In this document: positions 1-10,287 of the stretch, one piece after another | How positions within the stretch are numbered: position 1 is the first letter of the stretch | Layout of the letters: each line of letters opens with the position of its first letter | Source: Candidatus Kaiserbacteria bacterium | Lineage (GTDB): Bacteria > Patescibacteriota > Minisyncoccia > Phycocordibacterales > UBA918 | NCBI GenBank assembly: GCA_020428795.1 | Contig: JAGQME010000004.1 | Location: forward strand, 1 to 49,618 | DNA: 49,618 nucleotides | Direction: 5' to 3' | Translations under genes and position numbers: made by a program | The notes under the pieces: generated by a model | What the model saw: the letters and a program-made list of their open reading frames with translations, nothing else | The model's database searches: none | What the model was told of the DNA's origin: nothing

Positions 1-3000
1 GAATTCTGCATCATCGGCATCCGCATCCATGTAGAAATCAAAGCCTCCATACTCCCCTACTACTTCATCTTGGTTCGAATAAAATTTAACATTACTGTCA
101 CCAACTTCGATTCGCAGGTTCTCATCGTATGCATTACCACGGGTCACATACAGTCCACTGGTTGCATCTGATTCAACAAACAAACTATCTTTGACATTGA
201 GGATTCCGTTGAAGGTCGAGGTGCCACTACTTGAAACGTAGATATCACCAACTACAGAGAGTTTGTGTGAAGGTGTAGTAGTACCAATCCCGATATTACC
301 TAAACTGTTGATAGTAAAACGATAGTCTTCAGCACCTTCACTACCACCCCAAATAGCAAAATCATTACCATCTCCGAAGGAATCTCCGGTAGCAATTTCC
401 CAACGTGAATTTACCCCATTGTCATTTGACAATCTCAGCCTAGTATCAGCACCGTTTGCGTTATAAAACTCAAAATCGGTGTTTGGGGTTGAGGTACCAA
501 AACCGATATCACCATCAGCCTGAATCGACAGTAACGAATTCCAGGTTGCACCAGTATCAGCCGAACGGCCGATTCCAAAAATAGTGTCATTGGCCAAACC
601 ATCAGAAAACTGAAGACCAACCTGTGTAGCACCGACTAAACTTTCCAAGGTAAACCGACGAGCTGAATAACCAGCGACTGTACTGACTCCTATATTAAAC
701 GGATCGTCCAATTCATCAACCGAATTATTAAAACGTAACCGCATGTTATCGTCACCAGCCACTAAGAGAGAGTCTGGGGTAGTAGTACCAATCCCGACGT
801 TGCCACCACCGAAGAAAATATCCGAACTAGTGGCGGTCCAAAGATTACTACCACCACCAACCGTGTTATAAGCTCTTCCTTGGGTATAGAGAGTGGTAAT
901 ATCAACAGTACAAGAAGTCAATGATCCCCAAGTGCCTGAATTTGAGACATAATCACCATTGGAATCAAAAGAGACCCAGTCAGCTCCTTTGGAGTAGTAG
1001 TAATATCCATCAGCCACGTAAGGGGCGTTAGCCAGATCAATCACTCGTTCACCATAACTAGTTGAAGAACAACGGATTCTGTCCGGCCAATTAGTTACCA
1101 TAGTTCCGCCCGAACCGCCACCAGTAGCGGTGGTCTGAAAAGTGCCGTCAGCAAAACGAATACCAGAGGTGGTTTGAATGGTACCGGCAACAGTTAGCTT
1201 ACTCGCCGGAGTAGTAGTACCAATCCCGACATTACCGCCGCCGATTTGGAAAAACGAATCTTGTCCATCGACGCCGATTTGAGCATGAATAGTTGATGAG
1301 TTATCACCCTTAGCTAACTGAAAGAGTTTAACACCTGTTGTGTTCGTGTTACGAAATAGTCTGATGGTAGCGTCACTAGCACCATCTACTGCCCGAGCAT
1401 CGATAGAAAGTAAACTGGCTCCAGTTAAAGCTCTGGTGGCTAATAAACCACCATTACTGGTTTCAGCTAGTTCAAACCAAGTACCAGTATCAGTGGTGTC
1501 ATCGATACGAATATATGGCGAGACGTCGCTTAGGTGTAATAATGTAGCTGGCGAGACAGTACCAAGTCCAACTCTTTTAATCGCCGGGTTTGCATATACA
1601 AGTGGTGTAGTGCTTGTGCCAACCTTAAAGTCACCCCAGACATCAAGAAGTGAAGTTGGCGAAGTGGTACCAATGCCGATGTCGCCAGAAGAAGTGACTA
1701 CGAACAAATCACCGTCAGTGTTAGCGGTCGAAGAAATACCAAAGTCACCGATCACTTCCAGTTTAAAATCAGGACTGAGTTCACCTCCACCAATACCGAC
1801 ATTACCGCCACTACTCTGTAGCACCAAAGGGTTACTGCCACCCCATGTCTCAAGCACACCTCGAGCACTGGCAGCTGTCGCATTGTAGTCCCACCAAAAG
1901 TTCAGACCGTGAGTGCTATCTTGACCAATAATAAAGGTAGTGTCATTATCGCCATCCCCTACTACTATCTGTGTACGATTGCCAACTGCGGAAAAGGCAA
2001 TTTCATCACCAAAATATGCCAGGTTACCAGTAGCCGGCTTTGCTATTGAAAGCATAGCGTTAGGGCTGGTCCTACCAATCCCGACGTTGCCGATATTGTA
2101 ATAGATATCAGCACCACTTTGGGTCCAAAAATTAGTAGAGGTGCCAGCTAGAATACCTAGAGAAGAGGTAGCGATATCGGTCCATTCAACACCATTAAAA
2201 TATAATAAGGAGCCGGCCACGGAGTTGGCATTTACATTGGTTAGATCGTTTAAGACTGTGACCGAGCTAGTGGCTCCTCCAATAATACCCAGACTCGAAG
2301 TAGCCACCCATTTGGTGCCAGTGGCGGTCGTTTGCAAAACCATTCCTGAAGTCCCGACACTGTTGCTACTATCCTTAAAAGCACCGGAAACATAAATGTC
2401 ACCGTTTACCGACAGAGCGCTTGTCGGCAAGGTAGTGCCTATCCCAACTTTGCCGGTACTGCGATAAACATTACCGGCTGATTCTGACCAATAATTACTG
2501 GTCACTACCGTATCAGAATCAATATCTTGTATGGAGTCATAAACTTTATCCAATGATTTTAATAATAAATCATTGGTGACATAATCAGAATCAGAGTAAG
2601 ACTTGGGTAAAGTAGCTATTGGATGTAAAGTATCAATGTAATGTAGAACCTCACCAATCCTTTGAGCGAGGAGATTTTCTACAATACTAGTATTGTCTGA
2701 CACAATGTACTCATTGGTTATATATTCAATGTTTCCGATCGGGACTTCCGTTGCCGATGACGAATTATTAGATATGGATTCACCGCCCACCGCCAAGACC
2801 TTATTAGAATCAAGTGAATTTGGATCAGTGGTTTGTACCAATACTGATTCATTACCGACATTTTCAGTGTTAAAATCCTTGTTATCTAATTGAGATAATC
2901 CGTACTTACAAAAACCAAACGGTCGCACAAACCAACCTACTGTGCGACAAAATTTTTCGTGAAAGGTAATTTCTACCGGCGATCCAGCCGCTTCAGTAGT

Positions 3001-3075
3001 CTTATAAATAAAAACCGAAGTTAGCGAAAAAGCCAAAACCACCAAGAATACCATCGTAATTACAATACGGCCCAT
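1..3075 (-). CDS. Tail-fibre-like repeat surface protein; N-terminal 1025 aa present, 3' end cut by the window edge
   Basis: The minus-strand frame is open from ATG (3075..3073) to position 1. It is absent from the ORF track because it runs off the window; the + ORFs 1340..1888, 2141..2395 and 2693..2893 are its shadows. N-terminal TM helix MGRIVITMVFLVVLAFSLTSVFIY. Nine copies of a G(N/D/K)(V/I)GIGTT(T/S)Pxx(K)LxVxG motif, e.g. GNVGIGTTTPASKLTVAG and GNIGIGTTTPSHKLSVVG. Confidence 0.75.
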   Translation of the reverse strand, partial: MGRIVITMVFLVVLAFSLTSVFIYKTTEAAGSPVEITFHEKFCRTVGWFVRPFGFCKYGLSQLDNKDFNTENVGNESVLVQTTDPNSLDSNKVLAVGGESISNNSSSATEVPIGNIEYITNEYIVSDNTSIVENLLAQRIGEVLHYIDTLHPIATLPKSYSDSDYVTNDLLLKSLDKVYDSIQDIDSDTVVTSNYWSESAGNVYRSTGKVGIGTTLPTSALSVNGDIYVSGAFKDSSNSVGTSGMVLQTTATGTKWVATSSLGIIGGATSSVTVLNDLTNVNANSVAGSLLYFNGVEWTDIATSSLGILAGTSTNFWTQSGADIYYNIGNVGIGRTSPNAMLSIAKPATGNLAYFGDEIAFSAVGNRTQIVVGDGDNDTTFIIGQDSTHGLNFWWDYNATAASARGVLETWGGSNPLVLQSSGGNVGIGGGELSPDFKLEVIGDFGISSTANTDGDLFVVTSSGDIGIGTTSPTSLLDVWGDFKVGTSTTPLVYANPAIKRVGLGTVSPATLLHLSDVSPYIRIDDTTDTGTWFELAETSNGGLLATRALTGASLLSIDARAVDGASDATIRLFRNTNTTGVKLFQLAKGDNSSTIHAQIGVDGQDSFFQIGGGNVGIGTTTPASKLTVAGTIQTTSGIRFADGTFQTTATGGGSGGTMVTNWPDRIRCSSTSYGERVIDLANAPYVADGYYYYSKGADWVSFDSNGDYVSNSGTWGSLTSCTVDITTLYTQGRAYNTVGGGSNLWTATSSDIFFGGGNVGIGTTTPDSLLVAGDDNMRLRFNNSVDELDDPFNIGVSTVAGYSARRFTLESLVGATQVGLQFSDGLANDTIFGIGRSADTGATWNSLLSIQADGDIGFGTSTPNTDFEFYNANGADTRLRLSNDNGVNSRWEIATGDSFGDGNDFAIWGGSEGAEDYRFTINSLGNIGIGTTTPSHKLSVVGDIYVSSSGTSTFNGILNVKDSLFVESDATSGLYVTRGNAYDENLRIEVGDSNVKFYSNQDEVVGEYGGFDFYMDADADDAEF

Positions 3076-3160
3076 TTAATTATTTTAACACCCAATCAGT
3101 TTTTCCTAGCCCGATATAGTTAATAACTACTAGACAACATTTGGAGATATGGATTCAATC

Positions 3161-5797
3161 TTAGCTACCTTTAAGAGCTTTCTTTAAGTATTGCCCAGTG
3201 TGAGATTTTTCAACCTCTGCTACCGCTTCGGGAGTACCCTTGGCGACTAAATTACCACCATTTACACCTCCTTCCGGGCCAATATCAATAATATAATCAG
3301 CTGATTTAACTAGATCGAGATTATGCTCAATTACCATAACGGTATTACCACGATTTACTAATTCCTGCAGTATTTCTATTAGTTTTTTTACATCCTCGTA
3401 ATGCAAACCAATAGTCGGTTCATCAAGTAGATAGATGGTCTTTTGCGTGTGTGGTTTGTATAACTCAGATGCAATTTTTACTCTCTGCGCCTCTCCACCA
3501 GACAAAGTAGTGGCGCTTTGACCTAATTTCAAATAACCAAGCCCGACTTGGAGTAAGGTATTTAGTCTTTCGTGTATGGCTGGGACCTCTATAAAAAATT
3601 CACCCGCTTCTTCAATGGTCATTTCGAGCACTTCATAGATATTCTTGCCCTTAAAATAAACCTCTAGCGTTTCTTTGGTAAATCTTTTACCGTCACAAAC
3701 GTCACAGGTCACATAAACCGTTGGTAAGAAATGCATTTCAACAGCGATTACACCATTACCTTGGCAAGCTTCACAGCGACCGCCTTTGACATTAAAACTA
3801 AACCGACCCGGCTTCCATCCCCTAGCTCTGGCTTCTGAGGTACTAGCAAACATATCTCGAATATGCGTAAAAGCGCCGGTGTAAGTAGCTGGATTGCTCC
3901 TTGGGGTACGACCAATCGGTGACTGATCAATCAAAATCGAACGACCTAGGTACTCAGTACCGGTAAACGAAGTGGCGTTATAGGTTTTTGGGGTTCGATA
4001 CTTTCTATCCAGTCTTGATTTTAGATTTCTGTCTACAATTTCATACATAAAAGTTGATTTACCAGACCCTGACACCCCAGTGACACAGATGAGTCGGCCA
4101 AGTGGTATATCAACATTGAAATTCTTGATATTGAAAGCTTTACCTCCCCTTATCTTAATCGAGCCTTTTTCAGCCGAACGTCTTTCTGGAATTTCAATGG
4201 TTTTACTACCTCTTAAATAATCCAAAGTGACTGATTGACTGGTATTTTTCTTAGCGGCTAGTAAGTCACCAAGCCAATCGGCTACCACGACCTCACCGCC
4301 ATGAGTCCCCGCCCCCGGGCCAATGTCAACCAAGTAATCAGAAGCAAATATCGTATCTTCGTCATGTTCGACCACAATAATAGTATTTCCAAGATCACGT
4401 AGTTCAGTCAGGGTTTGAATCAACTTAGCATTATCACGTTGGTGCAAACCAATGGTCGGTTCATCCAAAACATAGAGAGCGCCAACTAACCCAGACCCTA
4501 ACTGTGAAGCCAATCTGATTCTTTGAGCCTCACCACCAGAGAGAGTGTTGGCTCGACGATTTAGAGTCAGGTATTCAATACCGACATTCTGCATAAAACT
4601 GAGACGCTCAATCACTTCCCTAAGGGCTGGCCAAGCTATCTCCTGTTCTTTTTTGGTAAGTTTCAAATTAGTTATAAACTGACCAGCTTCAGCCACCGTC
4701 ATATTGGTAAAATCAACAATATTTAATCCAAGCTTTTTACCACTATCGCCACCAATATAGACACGTAGCGCCTCCTTACGTAATCGACCACCCTTACAGA
4801 GTGGACAGACATCACTCTGAAAAATACCGACTGTACCCAGACCATTACATTCCGGACAAGCACCATAGGGTGAGTTAAATGAAAAAAGTCTCGGTTCTAC
4901 CTCTGGAAACGAAGAACCATCAACCGGACAAATAAATTTTGCCGAAAGGGTTCTGGTATTTCCGTCCGGACTTTCAATTTTTACTAAACCATTACTTTCT
5001 CGTAACGCCAACTCAACGGCCTCTGACAATCTTTCGTGGGAACCTTTTTTATCGGTAGTAAACTCACTAACGTAAATTTCGTCTATCAAAACGTCAATAT
5101 CATGACGTTTGGTTTTGGTGAGAACGATTTTTTCCCGTAGTTGCTTAGTCTCGCCATCAATTTTTACCGTTTCGTAACCCTTAGCCAGCAAGTCATAAAG
5201 AAGCTGATAATATTCACCCTTACGACCCACAATCACTGGTGAAAAAATAGAAACCCGACCCTTAGAGACATTGATACCCATCACTTCTTCGGACTGTTTT
5301 TTGGTAGCCTCCACCACCTCCTTTTCTTCAATTGATTTCAAAACTATATTCAAAATCTCATCTTGTGATAATTTTTCAATTGCTACGTCAGTGTCTAAAC
5401 AATAAGGTTTGCCAATTCTGGCGTAAAGGATTCGCAAGTAGTCATATATTTCAGTAATAGTGGCTACCGTCGATCTTGGATTTCTGGAGGCTGATTTTTG
5501 GTCGATGGAAATAGCCGGTGAAAGACCACTTATTTCATCAACATCCGGCTTTTGCATTTGTCGTAAGAACTGTCTAGCGTAAGGTGATAATGACTCTACG
5601 TATCGGCGCTGACCCTCGGCAAAGATGGTGTCAAAAGCTAGAGATGATTTACCGGAGCCAGAGGGTCCGGTAATAGCCACCATCGTATTACGAGGCATAC
5701 TGACGTCAATATTCTTGAGATTATGAGTACGAGCACCACGGACTACAATTTTTTGACTACCCTCCTCCCAAGTTGTTTTTGTATTTTTCTTTACCAT
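3161..5797 (-). CDS. uvrA: Excinuclease ABC subunit A (UvrA)
   Basis: 878 aa. Two ABC modules: [28 protein letters not shown] and [15 protein letters not shown] Walker A sites; [12 protein letters not shown] and [12 protein letters not shown] signatures. Zinc-finger cysteine pairs CPVDG...CPECNGLG and CEACQGNG...CDVCDGKR. Confidence 0.97.
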   Translation of the reverse strand: MVKKNTKTTWEEGSQKIVVRGARTHNLKNIDVSMPRNTMVAITGPSGSGKSSLAFDTIFAEGQRRYVESLSPYARQFLRQMQKPDVDEISGLSPAISIDQKSASRNPRSTVATITEIYDYLRILYARIGKPYCLDTDVAIEKLSQDEILNIVLKSIEEKEVVEATKKQSEEVMGINVSKGRVSIFSPVIVGRKGEYYQLLYDLLAKGYETVKIDGETKQLREKIVLTKTKRHDIDVLIDEIYVSEFTTDKKGSHERLSEAVELALRESNGLVKIESPDGNTRTLSAKFICPVDGSSFPEVEPRLFSFNSPYGACPECNGLGTVGIFQSDVCPLCKGGRLRKEALRVYIGGDSGKKLGLNIVDFTNMTVAEAGQFITNLKLTKKEQEIAWPALREVIERLSFMQNVGIEYLTLNRRANTLSGGEAQRIRLASQLGSGLVGALYVLDEPTIGLHQRDNAKLIQTLTELRDLGNTIIVVEHDEDTIFASDYLVDIGPGAGTHGGEVVVADWLGDLLAAKKNTSQSVTLDYLRGSKTIEIPERRSAEKGSIKIRGGKAFNIKNFNVDIPLGRLICVTGVSGSGKSTFMYEIVDRNLKSRLDRKYRTPKTYNATSFTGTEYLGRSILIDQSPIGRTPRSNPATYTGAFTHIRDMFASTSEARARGWKPGRFSFNVKGGRCEACQGNGVIAVEMHFLPTVYVTCDVCDGKRFTKETLEVYFKGKNIYEVLEMTIEEAGEFFIEVPAIHERLNTLLQVGLGYLKLGQSATTLSGGEAQRVKIASELYKPHTQKTIYLLDEPTIGLHYEDVKKLIEILQELVNRGNTVMVIEHNLDLVKSADYIIDIGPEGGVNGGNLVAKGTPEAVAEVEKSHTGQYLKKALKGS

Positions 5798-5902
5798 ATA
5801 AATACCGCTCTGGTTGGCGCCAGAGACTTATACTGTGTTGAGATTCTAACATAATATGTGAGTCGTCACTACCAAATTCAATATATAAAATATACTTGCT
5901 AG

Positions 5903-5946
5903 AAAAGCTGAGGTTTAATCCAGAATGGATTAAACCTCAGCTTTTT
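5903..5946 (-). terminator. Intrinsic terminator after the REC-REC regulator gene (bidirectional geometry)
   Basis: Perfect 16-bp stem gctgaggtttaatcca / tggattaaacctcagc with a 3-nt loop. It is flanked by aaaa upstream and ttttt downstream, 18 nt past the stop at 5964. Confidence 0.8.
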
Positions 5947-5963
5947 CATTAAGGGATAGCTCT

Positions 5964-6809
5964 CTAACTCTTAGCGTACTTCACCAATTCTCGGATAAAT
6001 TCCGTCAAATCAGTCATCGCTTTAACAAAGTATGCCTCAGCTCCAAGTTCCGTCACTCGCTTTCTATCTTCGTCACTGCTATTGTTTGAGAAAATCACCA
6101 CCGGAATATCTTGGTATTTTTCAGATGACTTTAGGTCTTTTAAAATTTCAAAACCATCTTTACCGGGCAATTTTAAATCTAGAACTATTACGTTAGGAGC
6201 AAAAGAATCAATAAGCTCATTCACTTGTAGACCATCATTACTAAACATGGCCGGGCAATTTGAGTTAGACAATTTCATTGATAACAGATTTCTTAGCAAA
6301 GGATCATCTTCCACAATCAAAACTCTTGGTAACTCATTTTTTACGGTATCGGTTGGCATATTTGTATCATTGATTAAACCACTGGTCGAACCTTCACTTG
6401 ATCCACTAAATTTAGATGGCTCTACTTTTAATACTTTATAAACTTTCTCAAGTACATCATCAGCGCTAAATTCAGCCTTTACTAGGTACTCACTAACTCC
6501 TAGCTCCTTTATTCTATCAGCTTCAAGTGTCCCACCGGAATTAGATATGACAATAACCTGTGTTTTCTCGGTCAAACCTTCACTATGCATGACCTGTAAG
6601 ACCTCATAACCATTCATGACCGGCATAATAATGTCTAAAATTACCAAGTCAGGTTTATCGGTACGAACAGCGGCTAGACCTTCAAGACCATTAGAGTAGG
6701 CACTAGCTTTTGCACCATGGATAGACAATTTCTGTGATAATACTGAAGCTAAAAAAGTATTGTCTTCAATAATAAGAATCTTTTTATCTTGTAATGTGTT
6801 ATCGGACAT
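5964..6809 (-). CDS. Response regulator with two tandem receiver (REC) domains and no output domain
   Basis: 281 aa. REC1 is KKILIIEDN...DLVILDIIMPVMNG. REC2 is PRVLIVEDD...NVIVLDLKLPGKDG. A Ser/Thr-rich linker joins them. No HTH or enzymatic domain. Confidence 0.9.
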   Translation of the reverse strand: MSDNTLQDKKILIIEDNTFLASVLSQKLSIHGAKASAYSNGLEGLAAVRTDKPDLVILDIIMPVMNGYEVLQVMHSEGLTEKTQVIVISNSGGTLEADRIKELGVSEYLVKAEFSADDVLEKVYKVLKVEPSKFSGSSEGSTSGLINDTNMPTDTVKNELPRVLIVEDDPLLRNLLSMKLSNSNCPAMFSNDGLQVNELIDSFAPNVIVLDLKLPGKDGFEILKDLKSSEKYQDIPVVIFSNNSSDEDRKRVTELGAEAYFVKAMTDLTEFIRELVKYAKS

Positions 6810-6811
6810 AT

Positions 6812-7639
6812 TTACTTTTCACTCTTTGGTAACTTGATTATAAAGGTTGATCCACCAGCGTCATTATTTTCAAACCTAATTGTACCATTGTTTGATTCAA
6901 TTATTTTTTTGACTATGTATAATCCCAATCCGGAGCCATTAGGGTCAACTTTTTTAGCATTTTCTGCTCTTGAAAAACGACTAAATAAATTACTGGCGTA
7001 TTCCTTCGGTATCCCGATTCCTGTGTCGGAGATACTAATCTCTATATCATAAGCCTCTTTAGTGACTGATAGGGTTATATTGCCATCAACTGGGGTGTAC
7101 TTAATAGCATTATCAAGCAAATTCGTGATTACGTCTTTCATTTTATCTACATTAGAGTCAACAAAAGCTTGATCATTAGTCTCATTAAAAACGAGCCTAA
7201 TTCTCTTCTCGGTGGCTAATTGATATAAATTAGCAATAACCTGATTTATAACTACGACCACATCTATCTTAGAAATAATGACTTCATTCTTACCAACCTC
7301 CAGTTGATCTACAATCAGTAAATTAGTTACCAAAGTAACCAGACTATCAACACTTTGGAGGGTTTGTTTAACAATATTTTTTTGATCCTGATTTAGGGGG
7401 CCGAACTCATCATTTAAAATCATCTGTTGAGACCATCTGATAGCTGAAAGAGGGGTTCGCATTTGATGAGCGGCAATAGCTACGAACTCTGATTTGTTCT
7501 TATCCAAACTACTTAATTTCTCATTAGCTCTCTTCAAATCTAAGTCCCGCCTTACTAGTAGCATAGCCGACTTATCCATATCTTCGATAATGGATTCTAA
7601 TTCAGCAATTTTCTTTTCTAAATCTAAGATGTTACTCAT
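6812..7639 (-). CDS. Soluble histidine kinase (coiled coil + HisKA + HATPase_c, no TM or sensor domain)
   Basis: 275 aa. H-box HQMRTPLSAIRW, N-box NLLDNAIKYT, G-boxes DTGIGIP and GSGLGLYIVKKI. 3-nt gap to the downstream regulator. Confidence 0.9.
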   Translation of the reverse strand: MSNILDLEKKIAELESIIEDMDKSAMLLVRRDLDLKRANEKLSSLDKNKSEFVAIAAHQMRTPLSAIRWSQQMILNDEFGPLNQDQKNIVKQTLQSVDSLVTLVTNLLIVDQLEVGKNEVIISKIDVVVVINQVIANLYQLATEKRIRLVFNETNDQAFVDSNVDKMKDVITNLLDNAIKYTPVDGNITLSVTKEAYDIEISISDTGIGIPKEYASNLFSRFSRAENAKKVDPNGSGLGLYIVKKIIESNNGTIRFENNDAGGSTFIIKLPKSEK

Positions 7640-8859
7640 AATTCTGATTCGGCTAATAGTACCACTACAATGGTTTCGTTTTGAAATTCAGATTTAGCTA
7701 ACTCACTTGTATCAGAAGTACCATTTGCGGGAGCTTGTTCAGCGTAGGTATAAAAACCAGCCAGAGGCACATCCTTTCCAATCACATCTTGAATAGCTTT
7801 TATTTCAGCACTAGACTCTTCACTCGAGGCAAATAGGGATTTACGAGCGTGATTGCTAAATACGAAAGCCACCTGTGGGGTTTGTTTAAGGGCCTCAAGC
7901 GCTGATTTGGCCGCTTCTTTGGCCGCTTCAACAGCGTCTTCTTTTGAGCCAACCATCATTCTAACGTTTTCGCCCTCTTTAATCTCGCCGCCAAAAATAA
8001 TCGAACCATCCAAACCGGCTGTAAAAGGGGCCCTCAAGAGAGTGTCACCACCCTGACGGCTTTTTAGACCAAGTGGATACGACTGAGCTATGGAGCCTAA
8101 TTTTTTATCCTTAAGACTGGACACTTCATCAACTCCCAAATACTGCTCATAAAACGATATGGCCGGTTTGTTATTTATTTCTATTATTTTACTACCCTCT
8201 GACTTAGTTACTTGTCTAGGGGCACCAACCGGACTCCAACCATGTTTTATTCCCACCGAAAAATGCAGAGCGCCGGAGAGTCCAACGGCCACTACTGAGT
8301 TTGTTAAGACCTGTTCTTGAAAGAATTGTTTGGATTCAGTAAAAGCACCGTTGTCACTAGCTGATCCACCAATCACTGGAAAATTTTCACCGAGGTTGTT
8401 GGTCAAACCAGCGATTATACTTGAACCATTACCATTTAAGCCGTCAGGAAAAATCATTAGTAACTTACTATCTTGTGGTGAACTACCCATGATAGCCAGT
8501 GAAGCGTCCTGACCAGCCTTATATGAATCAGCCTGCAAATCATCAGCGTAGGTAGCTGTAAACTGAATGGTATCTGAATATAAAAACAAGACAACGACTG
8601 ACTGCCTTTTGGACGGTCCATCATTTGATATTTCACCAGAAGTGGTTGTTCCAACAATAATAGAATTCTCCCCGACCACCGACCTTATACCTGACAACAC
8701 TTGTTCGTGCTTATAGTCAATCGAAGCAAAGACATAGACGATTTGTGGTAAAGCTCCCGCTACCTTAGCTTGTAAAGCAGACAAAGCTTGGCCGGCCACT
8801 TCAACACCAACCACCATATCATCTGTACCATAATTAACCGCTGAGGTAGCTATAAACAT
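7636..8859 (-). CDS. FIST-domain sensory protein (FIST_N + FIST_C)
   Basis: 407 aa. FIST_N-like VYVFASIDYKHEQVLSGIRSVVGENSIIVGTTTSGEI. FIST_C-like YPLGL...LDGSIIFGGEIKEGENV and GFYTYAEQ. ATGA overlap (7636..7639) with the kinase gene. Confidence 0.8.
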   Translation of the reverse strand: MFIATSAVNYGTDDMVVGVEVAGQALSALQAKVAGALPQIVYVFASIDYKHEQVLSGIRSVVGENSIIVGTTTSGEISNDGPSKRQSVVVLFLYSDTIQFTATYADDLQADSYKAGQDASLAIMGSSPQDSKLLMIFPDGLNGNGSSIIAGLTNNLGENFPVIGGSASDNGAFTESKQFFQEQVLTNSVVAVGLSGALHFSVGIKHGWSPVGAPRQVTKSEGSKIIEINNKPAISFYEQYLGVDEVSSLKDKKLGSIAQSYPLGLKSRQGGDTLLRAPFTAGLDGSIIFGGEIKEGENVRMMVGSKEDAVEAAKEAAKSALEALKQTPQVAFVFSNHARKSLFASSEESSAEIKAIQDVIGKDVPLAGFYTYAEQAPANGTSDTSELAKSEFQNETIVVVLLAESEL

Positions 8860-8931
8860 TTTTATATTTTACACCCAAAGTAACGACAAACTCTAATTTG
8901 TCACCATTTTTGATCAATTAACCTTAAGTGT

Positions 8932-10287
8932 TTATTTACCAGAATCTTCAATTTTGGTTGGTAGAGTTAGCACGATATGAGTACCAACTCCTCGAATCGA
9001 TTCAACCCCAATCTTGCCATTCATAATTGAAACTAGCTGTTTGGTAATCCACATACCAAGACCAGAACCGGTTATAGCGGTGACATCAGAATTTTTAACT
9101 CGGAAAAACGGAGCAAATAATTTCTTCTGATCGTCAGCTTCAATACCCATCCCAGTGTCCTTGATTCTAATCTCCAAAGAGTTTCTCTTCTGTGTAACCT
9201 GAATCTCGATCTGTCCCTGATTGGTGTATTTTATTGAATTATTGACAATGTTGGTTAAAACTTGATGTAGACGTCCCTCATCCGCTATAGCTTGGTGTGG
9301 AGTTTCGATTCCTGACGAGACTAGCTTGATTGATTTTTCACCGGCGGTAATCTCAAGTTCTTTCATAACTGTCTCTACCACTAAAGATACATTTACGTAA
9401 GCCAAAGTGACTGACATCGAACCGGATTGAATTCTGGCCACATCAAGTAAGTCAGTAATAAGGTCTAACAATCGCTCAGAAGAAATCTCTATTCGCTTAG
9501 CGTATTCAGGGTGCGAAGTATCTTGCCTAGAGTCTTGGAGCATTTCCGAATAACCTCTGATGGCTGTTAGCGGAGCTCTCAGCTCATGAGCCATCATGTT
9601 TATAAAAGTATCTTTAGCATTATTGCTATCCATCTCTTTTCGATATAAGTAACGATAGTCAGTCATTCTCACGTGCCAATAGGCTAAGACAATGATAAAT
9701 ACAAATATATACATCAATGAAAGAAAGGCCGAACGTTCTCTTTGTGTAAAGAGTTTGTCTATAGTTTCGAGCGAAGTAACGGTGTGTATAACGTAAAAAG
9801 TCCCATCAATTGATTGAATCGCTCTGTAGGCGTACCATTTTCGTCCAGCCGGGGTGGATACTTCAAAAATAAAAGATTGATTAGTATTAGCGGCAGCGCT
9901 CACATAACCATCAATATCTTCTTCGATTTGGCCAATCTTTGATCTATCAAGCGAGGCAATCGGAGTAAATATTCCTCGATCAATCTTTACCACCATAAAC
10001 TCGACCAAGTCATTATTCAAAAAAGCAATTCTTTCAATTTCATTTTGGATAATATCTTGATTAAAATTAGACGAAGACACCAATGAGGCAAACACATCAT
10101 GCAAGACACCTACTCGGTCTTTCTGCAACCGATCCTGGTTACTACGGCCAGCATCTAAAAACTGTTGGCCGCTATACAGAAATAAAAGCGGTATAACAAT
10201 CAATAAAGTGAGCACAAACAACAACTGCGGATGCTCTCTTAGATAGCGAGCTCCGTTTGAAATGTTGTCAACTATGTAGGAAATCAT
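8932..10287 (-). CDS. Membrane sensor histidine kinase (two TM helices flanking an extracytoplasmic domain)
   Basis: 451 aa. TM helices LLFVLTLLIVIPLLFLY and FLSLMYIFVFIIVLAYW. H-box HELRAPLTAIRGY, then NNSIKYT, DTGMGI and GSGLGMWITKQL. Confidence 0.9.
   Translation of the reverse strand: MISYIVDNISNGARYLREHPQLLFVLTLLIVIPLLFLYSGQQFLDAGRSNQDRLQKDRVGVLHDVFASLVSSSNFNQDIIQNEIERIAFLNNDLVEFMVVKIDRGIFTPIASLDRSKIGQIEEDIDGYVSAAANTNQSFIFEVSTPAGRKWYAYRAIQSIDGTFYVIHTVTSLETIDKLFTQRERSAFLSLMYIFVFIIVLAYWHVRMTDYRYLYRKEMDSNNAKDTFINMMAHELRAPLTAIRGYSEMLQDSRQDTSHPEYAKRIEISSERLLDLITDLLDVARIQSGSMSVTLAYVNVSLVVETVMKELEITAGEKSIKLVSSGIETPHQAIADEGRLHQVLTNIVNNSIKYTNQGQIEIQVTQKRNSLEIRIKDTGMGIEADDQKKLFAPFFRVKNSDVTAITGSGLGMWITKQLVSIMNGKIGVESIRGVGTHIVLTLPTKIEDSGK

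Noticed and set aside
1340-2893. Plus-strand ORFs from the track here and elsewhere: 6082..6441, 12757..13134, 19321..19713, 29311..29706, 37668..38024, 38686..39166, 43729..44067, 44377..44670, 48018..48314, and the short internal minus-strand ORFs.
   Set aside because: All lie inside, antisense to, or out of frame with long, motif-supported minus-strand genes. Their translations are low-complexity. They are shadow ORFs.
1-3075. A prophage or tailocin fragment, suggested by the tail-fibre-type motifs.
   Set aside because: The window has no capsid, portal, terminase, baseplate, lysis or integrase genes. The protein has an N-terminal membrane anchor and sits next to uvrA. This cannot be fully excluded because the gene continues off-window.
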